From a virus (taxonomy: Duplodnaviria; Caudoviricetes): a DNA stretch of 33,532 bases. Shown piece after piece: positions 1 through 9,004 of the stretch. Each line of letters starts with the position of its first letter. Within the stretch, counting starts at the first letter, position 1. A model generated the notes under the pieces. The model saw only the letters and a list, made by a program, of their open reading frames with translations, had not been told where the DNA came from and did no database searches. The stretch covers positions 1 through 33,532 of the IMG/VR virus record IMGVR_UViG_3300021082_000074, one strand, 5' to 3'. The position numbers and the translations under genes are program-made.

Positions 1-492
1 GAGACGTACGACAAGTTGTGGGATGTGTACTGCTCTGGAGCTTCGGTCAATGTCGTCAGTCTCGATCCGAAGGTGCTGATTGACATCATCGAGCGAGGTC
101 AGTTCGATCTCATCGTCAGCACGATACCGAAGCCGGCACTGTGCCTCGCCCATGCTGGACTCGTTCCTGAGATCCACTCCTTTGTATCGCAGAGAATACG
201 GATCGCCAACGAGTGTGTCCTGCCGACTCCCGGCAATCAGATCTTCTACAACGGAACTCCGGATGTGTCTTGGTATCGGACGTCAACGATCTTCGGAGTC
301 GGATCGACGGAGTGGGGAGCCGGAGCGCCGGAGCGCCTTCCGTATCGAGATCTCGTCTCCGTCAAGAAGCCGATCCGCTCGGACTGTACCTGCTTTGATG
401 GCAAGGTGTTGTTCACCGGGAGGTTCGGACTTTGGCGCAAGGGAGTTCTCTCGCACGAAGGATTCATCGATACGATGGAGGCTCTGAAGTGA
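1..492 (+). CDS. 5'-truncated FAD-dependent oxidoreductase (UDP-galactopyranose mutase/amine-oxidase-like fold), C-terminal part
   Basis: Frame 1 is open from base 1 (ETYDKLWDV...). It carries DLIVSTIP and a C-terminal LFTGRFGLW resembling the GR(F/Y)GxW FAD-contact motif. The stop overlaps the next ATG (TGATG). Confidence 0.6.
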   Translation, partial: ETYDKLWDVYCSGASVNVVSLDPKVLIDIIERGQFDLIVSTIPKPALCLAHAGLVPEIHSFVSQRIRIANECVLPTPGNQIFYNGTPDVSWYRTSTIFGVGSTEWGAGAPERLPYRDLVSVKKPIRSDCTCFDGKVLFTGRFGLWRKGVLSHEGFIDTMEALK

Positions 493-1133
493 TGCTGTGC
501 TCAACCTGCTCTCACATCGTTCGGCCCATCGTCGTATCCGATATCGACGGCACGCTGTCGCAGTACCACGAGGACATCACTCGCTTCTCGTCGCGCTACT
601 TCGACAAGGCTCCTCCAACGTTCCCATATGACGGCTTTGGTCCGTTCCGTGACTACCTGGAGTTGACGCAATCTGAGCACCGAGCCATGAAGCTCGCTTA
701 CCGGCAAGGCGGCAACAAGAGGTTCGTCAAGCCGTATCCGAATGCCAGAGAAGTCCTCAATGGCATCCGTTCGTACGGCGTGGAGATCTGGGTGGCCACG
801 ACTCGTCCCTGGCAGCGACTGGACAACGTTGATCCGGATACGAGGGAGTGGCTCCGGCGCAACGGCATCGAGATCGACGGACTGCTCTATGGCGATGACA
901 AGTATGAGCAGCTCATCGAGACGGTTGACAAGGATCGGATCGTGGCCTGTTTCGAGGATCTCCCGCAGCAGATGTCATTTGGGAGCCTTCTGGGTCTGCC
1001 GATGTACCAGATCTATCGACCGCACAACAAGACAACGAGCGCTCGCTGGGAGCCGGGAGGATCGCTACCGGAAGCCGGACGCTGGGCCCTGGAGCGACTC
1101 GATCATTGGATGGATCTCCATGCTGCGCGCTGA
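492..1133 (+). CDS. HAD-superfamily phosphatase, 5'(3')-deoxyribonucleotidase-like
   Basis: Motif I VVSDIDGT, motif II ATTR, a K in GDDKY and motif IV FED. ATG 492 is coupled to the upstream stop. Confidence 0.8.
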   Translation: MLCSTCSHIVRPIVVSDIDGTLSQYHEDITRFSSRYFDKAPPTFPYDGFGPFRDYLELTQSEHRAMKLAYRQGGNKRFVKPYPNAREVLNGIRSYGVEIWVATTRPWQRLDNVDPDTREWLRRNGIEIDGLLYGDDKYEQLIETVDKDRIVACFEDLPQQMSFGSLLGLPMYQIYRPHNKTTSARWEPGGSLPEAGRWALERLDHWMDLHAAR

Positions 1134-1419
1134 CGAAGTCCTCGAAGAGATGGCCAAGACGTTCCGAGATCGGAATGGGAAGTACAAGGACAATTGGAAG
1201 AACACCGGTGCCGTGATGAAGGCGATGTTCCCAGAAGGAATCACGCTGGAGACTGAGGATGACTTCGTGCGCTTCCATCTCCTTGAGTGGACCATCGGGA
1301 AGATCACTCGCTTCGTCAACACCGGGATGACAGACAAAGGATCGGTCCATGACGCAGCCGTGTACCTCGCAATGATTGAAGCATTCCTCAACGAGATGGG
1401 AGAGACCAATGGGAACTAA
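1120..1419 (+). CDS. all-alpha NTP pyrophosphohydrolase-like protein (Nmad1/DUF6378/MazG-like)
   Basis: About 99 aa helical protein with RNGKY, KITRF and SVHDAAVY, the pattern of phage nucleotide-modification-associated proteins. ATG 1120 overlaps the HAD gene end. Confidence 0.55.
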   Translation: MLRADEVLEEMAKTFRDRNGKYKDNWKNTGAVMKAMFPEGITLETEDDFVRFHLLEWTIGKITRFVNTGMTDKGSVHDAAVYLAMIEAFLNEMGETNGN

Positions 1420-2161
1420 GGAAGAGATCGCCGCACAGCACGCAGCAAGTCTTGGGCTGGAGCACGGATGGAAGAAGTGGACTGGAGAGATCGACGCAGC
1501 GATAACCGGCGATGCTCGTGCCGGCTCGATCGGAGAGCGCATCCGTGACGATATCCGGCGCGCTGGTGGGCTTGTCTCTTCGTACCCGCACGACGTTCGA
1601 GGAGCGATCGTTGCGACGGAACTACGAGGACGCAACACGCTCATCATGAGCCACGGAGTCTGCCACATGAACTGGTTCGAGGAGGCTTCGCCGGACTCGG
1701 TGGCCGAAGTGATGGACGTCAATCTCTTCGGAAGCTACAACCTTGCTGCTGCCTTCGTTCGGCAGACGATCGAGACTGGTGAGCGGAAGAAGATCATCAT
1801 GATCGGCTCGATGGCGTATCGGAACGTCCTCAACGCATCGGCTATGTACTGTGCCTCGAAGGCAGGTCTGGCGATGCTGACTCGCTGTATGGCTTGGGAG
1901 TTGACGCCAAAGGGATTCGATGTGTACTGCATCCATCCCTCAAACGTGGACGAAGCTCCAATGGCAGAGGACACGATCAAAGGCATCATGCGGTATCGAG
2001 GAGTGGGGAGAGGAGAGGCGCTTCAGTACTGGGGAGCTAACTACCTTCGCGACCAATCGCTCACAACCAAGGACATATCCAACCTCGTGTTGTTCCTTCT
2101 CAGCGAGAAGAACGGCTACATGTCCGGCGCCAACATTGAGCTAGGAGGAGGACAACGATGA
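1409..2161 (+). CDS. short-chain dehydrogenase/reductase (SDR)
   Basis: Gly-rich ITGDARAGSIG, VNLFG, catalytic S (IGSMA), YxxxK (YCASKAG), IHP and C-terminal SGANIELGGG. RBS GGGAGAG precedes ATG 1409. Confidence 0.9.
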   Translation: MGTKEEIAAQHAASLGLEHGWKKWTGEIDAAITGDARAGSIGERIRDDIRRAGGLVSSYPHDVRGAIVATELRGRNTLIMSHGVCHMNWFEEASPDSVAEVMDVNLFGSYNLAAAFVRQTIETGERKKIIMIGSMAYRNVLNASAMYCASKAGLAMLTRCMAWELTPKGFDVYCIHPSNVDEAPMAEDTIKGIMRYRGVGRGEALQYWGANYLRDQSLTTKDISNLVLFLLSEKNGYMSGANIELGGGQR

Positions 2162-2802
2162 AGCGAGATCGCTACATACCACCGGAGATCGAGGATGGCA
2201 CAATCAACTTCCTCCCTCCGAAGGATCTTGACGACGTGTTCGACATCGCCATGATCCGTACTCGTCCGGAGTTCGTACCTCTGCCGGCTCCGGCGATCTG
2301 GCGGAAGCTCGTACAGCTAGGAGGAGGACGCAAGCGGATCGAAGGGTGGGAGGATCTGGACTATCCCGAGTGGGATGCTGAGTCGATGCCTCTGCCGTAC
2401 GATGACGAGAGCGTCGATGCGATCTTCTCGGCACACGCGCTCGATCACATGACGGTTACTGCGGTCCAAGATCTCCTCTCTGAGATCCAGCGAGTCCTCA
2501 AGACCGGAGGGACGTTTACCAACGTCGTGCCGCACCACATGAGCACACTCGCAGCGGAGTGCCTCGAACACAAGACGAGATACGGGATCAAGACTTGGCG
2601 GAACATCTTCAACAATCCGGCTTACACCGTCATCAACATTCGTCAGGTATCGAGGACGATCGAGTGGAGACTCAAGGTTGGCTTCAACATGGTGATGGGC
2701 CTGGAGGAGCGCAACCTTGTTCTCGTCACGCAACTCATCAAGGAGGCGAAGCTCATGGAGGAGATCGCTCCTGCTGCCGATGGACGAAGGAGATGGATAT
2801 GA
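2158..2802 (+). CDS. class I SAM-dependent methyltransferase (Methyltransf_11-like)
   Basis: QLGGG motif I, LPYDDESVDAIFSAHALDH and EIQRVLKTGG. Strong RBS GGAGGAGG; ATGA overlap. Confidence 0.85.
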   Translation: MKRDRYIPPEIEDGTINFLPPKDLDDVFDIAMIRTRPEFVPLPAPAIWRKLVQLGGGRKRIEGWEDLDYPEWDAESMPLPYDDESVDAIFSAHALDHMTVTAVQDLLSEIQRVLKTGGTFTNVVPHHMSTLAAECLEHKTRYGIKTWRNIFNNPAYTVINIRQVSRTIEWRLKVGFNMVMGLEERNLVLVTQLIKEAKLMEEIAPAADGRRRWI

Positions 2803-5800
2803 CCGACACGCCGGTGAAGGATGCAACACAGGCGAGGCATACCGGCTTCGTTGATGCCGGCCAGAAGAGCTTTGAGGCGACTGCCGCAGATCTGATCCGG
2901 CCAACGGAGACCATGCGCTTCGTCTCGCTCCATCACCACAGCACGTACTCGTACGTTGATGGCTTCGCTCTCCCTTCGGCTCACGTCCGGCGAGCGGCAG
3001 AGATCGGCATGCCGGCGCTCGCTCTGACAGAGCACGGCAACATCTCCTCTCACGTCAAGCTACAGAAGGCTGCTCGCGAGTTCGGAGTCCATCCAATCTT
3101 TGGTTGCGAGTTGTACTGCGGCCATGTTGAGGAGGAGACGAGAGGACAACGGAAGAACCATCTCACAGTCCTCGCTCGTGACCAAGCCGGATACCAGAAC
3201 CTCTTGCGAGTCGTCTCTCAAGGATGGGATGACTACTACTATGAGCCCACTGTCTCCGGCGAGGCGCTCCACCGCTACCGGGAAGGACTCGTTGTGTTGA
3301 GCGGCTGTACGGGATCTCTTCTCTCAACATCGCTCATCGGAGGCAAGAACGTTGCCGTGGAGGAAGCGAGCTATGAGAGAGCAAAGGCTGTTGCTGCTCG
3401 ATTCAAGGCCACATTCGGTGACAACTACTTCCTCGAAGTGCAGATGTTTCCGGAGCTTGATCAAGTACGAACGATCAACCAAGCCTGGGAGCGTATGTCG
3501 CGAGAGCTAGGCATCCCGCTCGTAGCCTCCGGCGACTTCCACTACACCAAGCCGGAGGAGGGAGAGATGCAGCAGATTCTCCATGCGCTTGGCCGGCACA
3601 AGAGCCTCGAAGATCTCGCCAAGGGATGGAGCTATGACGTCTCGCTCGCTCCTCCGATCAACGACACACTGATACGAGAGCGACTGCGCGGCACTGGTCT
3701 CTCCGATCGAGCGGTGGATGAGGCGATGTTCAACACGATACTGATAGCGAACGACTGCAACGTTGAGCTACCGACCATGGATCGAGTTCGCTTCCCGATA
3801 CCTCCTGGCTTCACGACTTCGCAGGACGTATGGAAGGCTTGGCTGCGAGAGGGATGGGACTTTCGGCACTGCGATGCGAAGAATGCCGCCTTCAAGAGCG
3901 ATCCGGCGAACGTCGGCAGACTCAGCTACGTTCAGCAAGTCAAGAAGGAGATGGAGATCATCGAGGCGAAGGACTTCATTGACTACTTCCTCGTGGTCTC
4001 TGACATCGTCAAGTTCGCCAAAGACTCGGGCATCCCTGTGGGCCCAGCGAGAGGATCGGCTGCCGCTTCGCTCGTGTGCTATCTCCTCCGCATCACAGAG
4101 GTCAATCCGATGATGTTCCCCAACATGATGTTCGAGCGCTTTGTTGATCACAACCGAGAGGACTTGCCGGACATTGACTTGGACTTCGATGACGAGCGCC
4201 GGTGGGAAGTGTTCGAGTATGCGGAGCGGAAGTATGGGCGCGCCTTCGTTGGCAAGGTTGGAACCTTCACACAGTTCCGAGCGAAGAACTCGTTGGATGA
4301 TGTTGGGTACGTCCACCGTATCCCGAAGGGCAAGATTGAGCAGGTGAAGGAAGTCTTGCTAGAGCGATCGAGCGGTGACCTACGAGCCAGCGCGACGATT
4401 GAGGACACCGTAGAACAGCACGAGCAAGCTCGCATCGTGTTCGAGGAGTATCCGGATCTCTGGAAGGCGACGCTGCTTGAAGGCAACGTCAAGGCGCAGT
4501 CGATCCACGCAGCCGGACTCGTCATCGCTACTCAGCCGCTCACTGACGTCTGTGCCGTGTACAAGCGAGTCGATCCGAAGAAGGGAACGATCTTGCTGGA
4601 TGACTCCGGCATGCCACGAGAGGTCATCTCGATGGACAAGTATGACGCTGAAGAATCCGGCTTGATGAAGATCGACATACTCGGACTCAAGAACATGGGC
4701 ATGATCCGGATCGTCCTCGAATGGATCGGCATGACTCTCCAAGAGTTGTACGACCTTCCGCTTGACGATCCCGAGACGATCCGTGGCTTCCAAGAGAACG
4801 ACTGTATTGGCATCTTCCAGTTCGATGGCTGGGCGATGCGGTCTGTGAACTCTTCTCTCAAGCCGGACAACTTCGATGAGATCGCTGCCGTCAATGCGCT
4901 CGCTCGCCCAGGTCCGCTTCACAGCAATGCCTCCGGTGAGTACGTGGAAGTGAAGCGTGGCCAGAAGGAACCGAGCCTGGCGCATCCGCTTCTCGATCCA
5001 ATCGTTGCGTCCACGCTCGGGCAGATCATCTACCAAGAGCAGATCTTGCGTATCGTTCGAGAGATCGGAGACTTCACGTGGACACACGCTTCCTACATAC
5101 GCAAGATCATCTCTCGAAAGATCGGAGAGCAAGAGTTCAACCGGCAGAAGGGAACGTTTGCTGAAGGCGCTCGATCGAAGGGAATGGATGAGGAGACCAT
5201 CGACAAGATCTGGGGAGCCTGTATTACTGCCGGCTCGTATGCCTTCAACGTCCCACACTGTATCTCGTACGGGATGCTTGGCTACTGGACGATGTGGCTC
5301 AAGGTCCACTACCCAAGAGAGTTCTTCGCCGGAGCGCTTCGCAAGCTCTCGGATCTCAAGACACTCTCGATCCTTCGCGACGCTGCGCGGCACGGCGTGA
5401 AGATCTATCCACCGGACGTTCGAGTGTGTGGAGCGAACTGGATGCCGTGGGAGGATGGCGTCATGGCTGGACTAATCCAGATCCCAGGGATAGGAGCGAT
5501 CACTGCGTCAGCAATCATCGAAGCTCGGGAAGCAAACGGAGGCTTCAATGAGTGGCGAGATCTTCGAGCCGTGAAGGGCATCGGCGCCAAGACGATCGAG
5601 AGCGTGATGGCCTTTGTGGAGAAGGATGATCCGTTTGACGTGTTCAAGATCCAGCGTGCGATCGAGAAGGTCAAGAAGGCGATTCGCTCCGGCGAACTTG
5701 GAAGAGAGATCCCCTACCCAACGCACACTGTGGCGCAGGTGCCGGGAGATCGAGGGAGCGACACCGAAGTGATCTGGATCGGCACCATTCACTCTCGCAA

Positions 5801-6086
5801 CCTTCGAGATCTCTTTGAGGTTAACTTCGGTAAGACGGGAGAGGCGCTCGATCTCTCCACAGTTCGGAGTCCGGAGCTAGCCGAATGGGTCATCATGTAC
5901 GGCGAGGACGACACAGACCAGATGTCGATCACCGTTGACCGTTGGAAATATCCGAAGTTCCGTAAGCGAGTTTGGAACATCGAACTCGATCATGACTTGG
6001 TCCTCGTTCGAGGAGTCAAGAAAGGGTACCAAGCGCGCAAGGCGCTGTACGTCCACGATCTCTGGGTCATTGATCCAGACGACTAG
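2799..6086 (+). CDS. dnaE: DNA polymerase III alpha subunit (C-family, DnaE-like)
   Basis: PHP domain (LHHHSTYS, TEHG, HLTVL, SGC, GDFHY), GPARGSAA, catalytic PDIDLDFD and KIDILGL, YQEQ, YAFN..H, HhH IPGIG/VKGIG and a C-terminal OB-like region. ATGA overlap at 2799. Confidence 0.97.
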   Translation: MTDTPVKDATQARHTGFVDAGQKSFEATAADLIRPTETMRFVSLHHHSTYSYVDGFALPSAHVRRAAEIGMPALALTEHGNISSHVKLQKAAREFGVHPIFGCELYCGHVEEETRGQRKNHLTVLARDQAGYQNLLRVVSQGWDDYYYEPTVSGEALHRYREGLVVLSGCTGSLLSTSLIGGKNVAVEEASYERAKAVAARFKATFGDNYFLEVQMFPELDQVRTINQAWERMSRELGIPLVASGDFHYTKPEEGEMQQILHALGRHKSLEDLAKGWSYDVSLAPPINDTLIRERLRGTGLSDRAVDEAMFNTILIANDCNVELPTMDRVRFPIPPGFTTSQDVWKAWLREGWDFRHCDAKNAAFKSDPANVGRLSYVQQVKKEMEIIEAKDFIDYFLVVSDIVKFAKDSGIPVGPARGSAAASLVCYLLRITEVNPMMFPNMMFERFVDHNREDLPDIDLDFDDERRWEVFEYAERKYGRAFVGKVGTFTQFRAKNSLDDVGYVHRIPKGKIEQVKEVLLERSSGDLRASATIEDTVEQHEQARIVFEEYPDLWKATLLEGNVKAQSIHAAGLVIATQPLTDVCAVYKRVDPKKGTILLDDSGMPREVISMDKYDAEESGLMKIDILGLKNMGMIRIVLEWIGMTLQELYDLPLDDPETIRGFQENDCIGIFQFDGWAMRSVNSSLKPDNFDEIAAVNALARPGPLHSNASGEYVEVKRGQKEPSLAHPLLDPIVASTLGQIIYQEQILRIVREIGDFTWTHASYIRKIISRKIGEQEFNRQKGTFAEGARSKGMDEETIDKIWGACITAGSYAFNVPHCISYGMLGYWTMWLKVHYPREFFAGALRKLSDLKTLSILRDAARHGVKIYPPDVRVCGANWMPWEDGVMAGLIQIPGIGAITASAIIEAREANGGFNEWRDLRAVKGIGAKTIESVMAFVEKDDPFDVFKIQRAIEKVKKAIRSGELGREIPYPTHTVAQVPGDRGSDTEVIWIGTIHSRNLRDLFEVNFGKTGEALDLSTVRSPELAEWVIMYGEDDTDQMSITVDRWKYPKFRKRVWNIELDHDLVLVRGVKKGYQARKALYVHDLWVIDPDD

Positions 6087-6096
6087 AAGGAGAGAT

Positions 6097-6471
6097 ATGA
6101 AAGACGACAAGTACATAACGTTCAAGCGATCAGAGTTCTACCAGATGATGGGCGAACTCGCCTTGCCGCCATGGCAGGTAGGGGATGATCTGCTTGGAAG
6201 CGAAGCAGACTGCGCTCCGATTGCCAAGAGGATCGAGGAAGTCGCAGAGACGATCTGCCTACAAGACGCAACAGTGATCCGTGGGCAGGATCTCTTCGCG
6301 GCTCCGGCGCTCGATGCCTATGCTGCCATGATTGCCATCGTGATGAAGTTTGGCGGCATGACTCCGGAGACGCGCAAGGAGCTTCAGCAAGCTGCGGACT
6401 ATTTCCATGACAGAGCCAACGAGTCTCGGGACATCGCCTTCAAGACTCCAGACAACGGAGGACTGCGATGA
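6097..6471 (+). CDS. hypothetical phage protein
   Basis: RBS AAGGAGAG, ATG 6097, VIRGQDLFAAPALDAY segment, stop coupled to the next gene. Confidence 0.75.
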   Translation: MKDDKYITFKRSEFYQMMGELALPPWQVGDDLLGSEADCAPIAKRIEEVAETICLQDATVIRGQDLFAAPALDAYAAMIAIVMKFGGMTPETRKELQQAADYFHDRANESRDIAFKTPDNGGLR

Positions 6472-7244
6472 TCTTGGTACCGAGAGAGACGATCTGGCCG
6501 GGCAAGCTACCGACCAACTCGACAGGCACACCACGTCCGAAGTTGGAGCAGCTTCGTCCGTACTACACCATCCACTACACCGGAGGAGGACTCTGGCTCG
6601 ATCCGGATGACACGCCGGCAGAGCTTCGCTCGATCCAGGCCTATGCCGCTGGAGCCGGGAAGCCGTGGGAGTACAACTACGTCATCGACGGCCAAGGTTG
6701 CGTATGGGAGTACGCAGGCGACTATCGAGCGGCACACAGCGCCGGTGAGAATGAGATCGCTATTGGCGTTCTTCTCCTTGTTGGTTTCAAGGGCAAGTAT
6801 CCCGCTGTCGAGTATTGGGAGGCTCCAACAGAGCCGATGATCAGAGCCGTTCGAGAGCTACGAGCTTGGCTGTCCGATAGCGAGAGGCTCGCTCTTTCCC
6901 ACCTCATGCGTCAGCACAACCAAATGCCGGCGGCAGCAACCATCTGCCCAGGCCCAGAAGTAGTGAAGCGTTGGAGCGATCTGACGCTGCCATGGACAAC
7001 ACCACAACCACCACCAACGGAGGAACCAATGAAGTATTACCGCAACGAAGAGTCAAGAGCTTGGAACGGGAACACCTATCCACCGAACGTCATCAAGTAC
7101 GTCTTGAGAGATTCCGACGGCAAGTTGCGGCGGATCTCCGGCGAGGAACTCACCTTGCGCGGAGTTCCGATGGCAGAGTGGAACCGGCCAGAGTTTGGAG
7201 AGCCGGTCAGCAATGCCGAGTTCGCCGTGCTAGGCGAAGCGTGA
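6468..7244 (+). CDS. N-acetylmuramoyl-L-alanine amidase (Amidase_2/PGRP-like), probable endolysin
   Basis: Zn-ligand pattern TIHYT...YNYVID...AAHS.GEN...QH...TICPG, then a Pro/Thr linker and a C-terminal domain. Confidence 0.88.
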   Translation: MILVPRETIWPGKLPTNSTGTPRPKLEQLRPYYTIHYTGGGLWLDPDDTPAELRSIQAYAAGAGKPWEYNYVIDGQGCVWEYAGDYRAAHSAGENEIAIGVLLLVGFKGKYPAVEYWEAPTEPMIRAVRELRAWLSDSERLALSHLMRQHNQMPAAATICPGPEVVKRWSDLTLPWTTPQPPPTEEPMKYYRNEESRAWNGNTYPPNVIKYVLRDSDGKLRRISGEELTLRGVPMAEWNRPEFGEPVSNAEFAVLGEA

Positions 7245-7468
7245 CCATCAATCGGGAGAAGGTCACCGCGCAAGCGGTGGCCGATCTCCGTTCTCGTCTC
7301 GCTGATGCGGCGATCTCTTGGTGTCGGCACAGCACCATGGAAGCCACGCTGGACGAACGTCCTCCGGCGCGCCAGAGCAACGTTGCCTATCGGCGCGCAG
7401 CAGCGGCAGACCTTCAAGAGATCCGTCGATTGACGGAGAAGCTCGATGGCGTACAGAACCAAAGTTGA
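7241..7468 (+). CDS. hypothetical protein
   Basis: GTGA overlap with the amidase stop; 75 aa, helical-looking. Confidence 0.6.
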   Translation: MTINREKVTAQAVADLRSRLADAAISWCRHSTMEATLDERPPARQSNVAYRRAAAADLQEIRRLTEKLDGVQNQS

Positions 7469-7517
7469 TACAGACGATCCCGAGCGCCGGGCTGCCGGCC
7501 AGTGGAGAGGAGACATC

Positions 7518-8093
7518 ATGGCTAAGAAGAGAGATCCCCAGTCACATCCGCCAACATCGCCAACGCGCACGATCAGGAAGGACATCAGCAAGGTCGTTCC
7601 TCGCCTCCAGGCTCGATTGAAAGGAGGTCACGAGAATCCCGTGCGTGTGTCGAGCGGAGGAGAGGGAGAGTGGCCGGCAGAGTGTCCGGTGCGGATTGAT
7701 GTTCACATGGTGATGGGACTCTTCAACCACGATGCTGCTGGGCCGGCAGAAGGTCTGATGGGTCACATCATCGACATGGACTTCTACACCAAGCAGTCGC
7801 GAGTCCTCATCAAGATGTACCGAGATCCGAATGCGCTAGCGATCATCGTCAATGACGAGGAGGTCTATCGCTGGGTGGAGAACAACGATGATCTCCCGGT
7901 GAAGTTCTTCAGCGTCATCGAGGACATGAACTCAAAGGCAGAGAAGTGGGTCGATCAAGTTCAACTCCAGCCGGGAGACGAAGTGTTGGAGGACGAGTAC
8001 GGACAGCCGGTCATCATCCGAGAGGCTGACGACGATCCAGTGATCGAGGACGATCCGGTGATCGAGGATGACGACGACATGGAGTGGGAATAG
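7518..8093 (+). CDS. hypothetical protein with acidic C-terminal tail (alternative start 7446)
   Basis: RBS GAGAGGAG before ATG 7518; phage-like codon use; ends DDPVIEDDPVIEDDDDMEWE. Confidence 0.7.
   Translation: MAKKRDPQSHPPTSPTRTIRKDISKVVPRLQARLKGGHENPVRVSSGGEGEWPAECPVRIDVHMVMGLFNHDAAGPAEGLMGHIIDMDFYTKQSRVLIKMYRDPNALAIIVNDEEVYRWVENNDDLPVKFFSVIEDMNSKAEKWVDQVQLQPGDEVLEDEYGQPVIIREADDDPVIEDDPVIEDDDDMEWE
8031..8066 (+). repeat. 18-bp tandem duplication (encodes DDPVIE x2)
   Basis: GACGATCCAGTGATCGAG followed by GACGATCCGGTGATCGAG, one mismatch. Confidence 0.9.
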
Positions 8094-8107
8094 CGAGCCG
8101 ATAGCAG

Positions 8108-8139
8108 GTCCGGAGATTGGTCGCGAACGATCTTCGGAC
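8108..8139 (+). terminator. 12-bp stem-loop after a stop codon, possible U-tail-poor terminator
   Basis: GTCCGGAGATTG / CGATCTTCGGAC pair with G-U wobbles on the + strand, followed by TTCACT. Confidence 0.5.
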
Positions 8140-8168
8140 TTCACTAGCTTCCAACTATCAGTAGCGAG

Positions 8169-8200
8169 TAGACTGCCCGGTGGCGGTGCTAGTGGCACCG
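8169..8200 (+). promoter_or_regulatory. possible -10 box TAGACT followed by a small hairpin
   Basis: TAGACT at 8169-8174 in an intergenic gap; CGGTGC-TAGTG-GCACCG hairpin at 8184-8200 upstream of RBS AAGGAG. Confidence 0.3.
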
Positions 8201-8225
8201 GACGAACAGACCAAGGAGAAGAGAG

Positions 8226-8663
8226 ATGAGCGATCCAAGAGCGATTCACATACACGACCAACTCGATGCGGCTGCGGCAGAGACGCACCGCTTCTTCGAG
8301 TACGTTGAGGAGTACATGACGAGAGGCAACCGTCTGGATCGGAAGGGAGACACGCACGACTTCCCAATGGCGCTCTTCTCTCGCTTGTTCAAGGAGTCTC
8401 GTCCGTGCGTCCATCTGATCCTCAATCCGAGTCCACAGCCGATCTTCGTCTGCGTCGCCAACAAGTCGATCAATTGCCGTGACTGCTTCACGATTCTCAT
8501 TGATCTCATCCGACTCGGACTCGTCAGCTTGGGGAGTGACTGCGACTTGTGCGGACAGCCGGTGCCGTCCAATCGGTTCTCTGAGTTCACCGTCAACGTC
8601 GGCAACGTCATCATGTTCGGCAATCGAGGCATGTGCTGCTTCGATACGAGAGGGATGTCATGA
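8226..8663 (+). CDS. Cys-rich putative zinc-binding protein
   Basis: CVH, CRDC, CDLC and terminal CC; RBS AAGGAG. Confidence 0.7.
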   Translation: MSDPRAIHIHDQLDAAAAETHRFFEYVEEYMTRGNRLDRKGDTHDFPMALFSRLFKESRPCVHLILNPSPQPIFVCVANKSINCRDCFTILIDLIRLGLVSLGSDCDLCGQPVPSNRFSEFTVNVGNVIMFGNRGMCCFDTRGMS

Positions 8664-9004
8664 GCCGGAGGAACTCGCGAGAAGCGAAGGACGCACGCAA
8701 CCTTCGAGTGAAGGCGGATCTGGCTCGCCGGAGCGAGGCTCGATCGAGCGCAACCGATCTCCTCGAAGAGAAGCTGCGCAGCGAAGTCCGGAAGATCGCC
8801 AACGACTACAACGCCAAGCTCGAAGAGTCCTCTCGGGAGGAACTACTTGAGCAACACTTCATGCGCACAAAGGAAGGCGAGCGCCTGCCGCTCGATCGTC
8901 CTCTGAAGCAGATGACTCGTCAGCAACTCATCGAGATCCTCACGCTGACGGTTGAACACGAGGATCGAATCATAGACAAGGAGAAAGAATCATGGCAGAA
9001 GTAG
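8660..9004 (+). CDS. hypothetical charged helical protein
   Basis: ATGA overlap at 8660; coiled-coil-like sequence. Confidence 0.7.
   Translation: MSRRNSREAKDARNLRVKADLARRSEARSSATDLLEEKLRSEVRKIANDYNAKLEESSREELLEQHFMRTKEGERLPLDRPLKQMTRQQLIEILTLTVEHEDRIIDKEKESWQK

Noticed and set aside
2559-2798. 80-aa N-terminal extension of DnaE in the ORF track (similar over-long starts at 432, 742, 12054, 18797, 20000, 27898)
   Set aside because: These lie inside upstream genes. Coupled or RBS-led downstream starts fit better.
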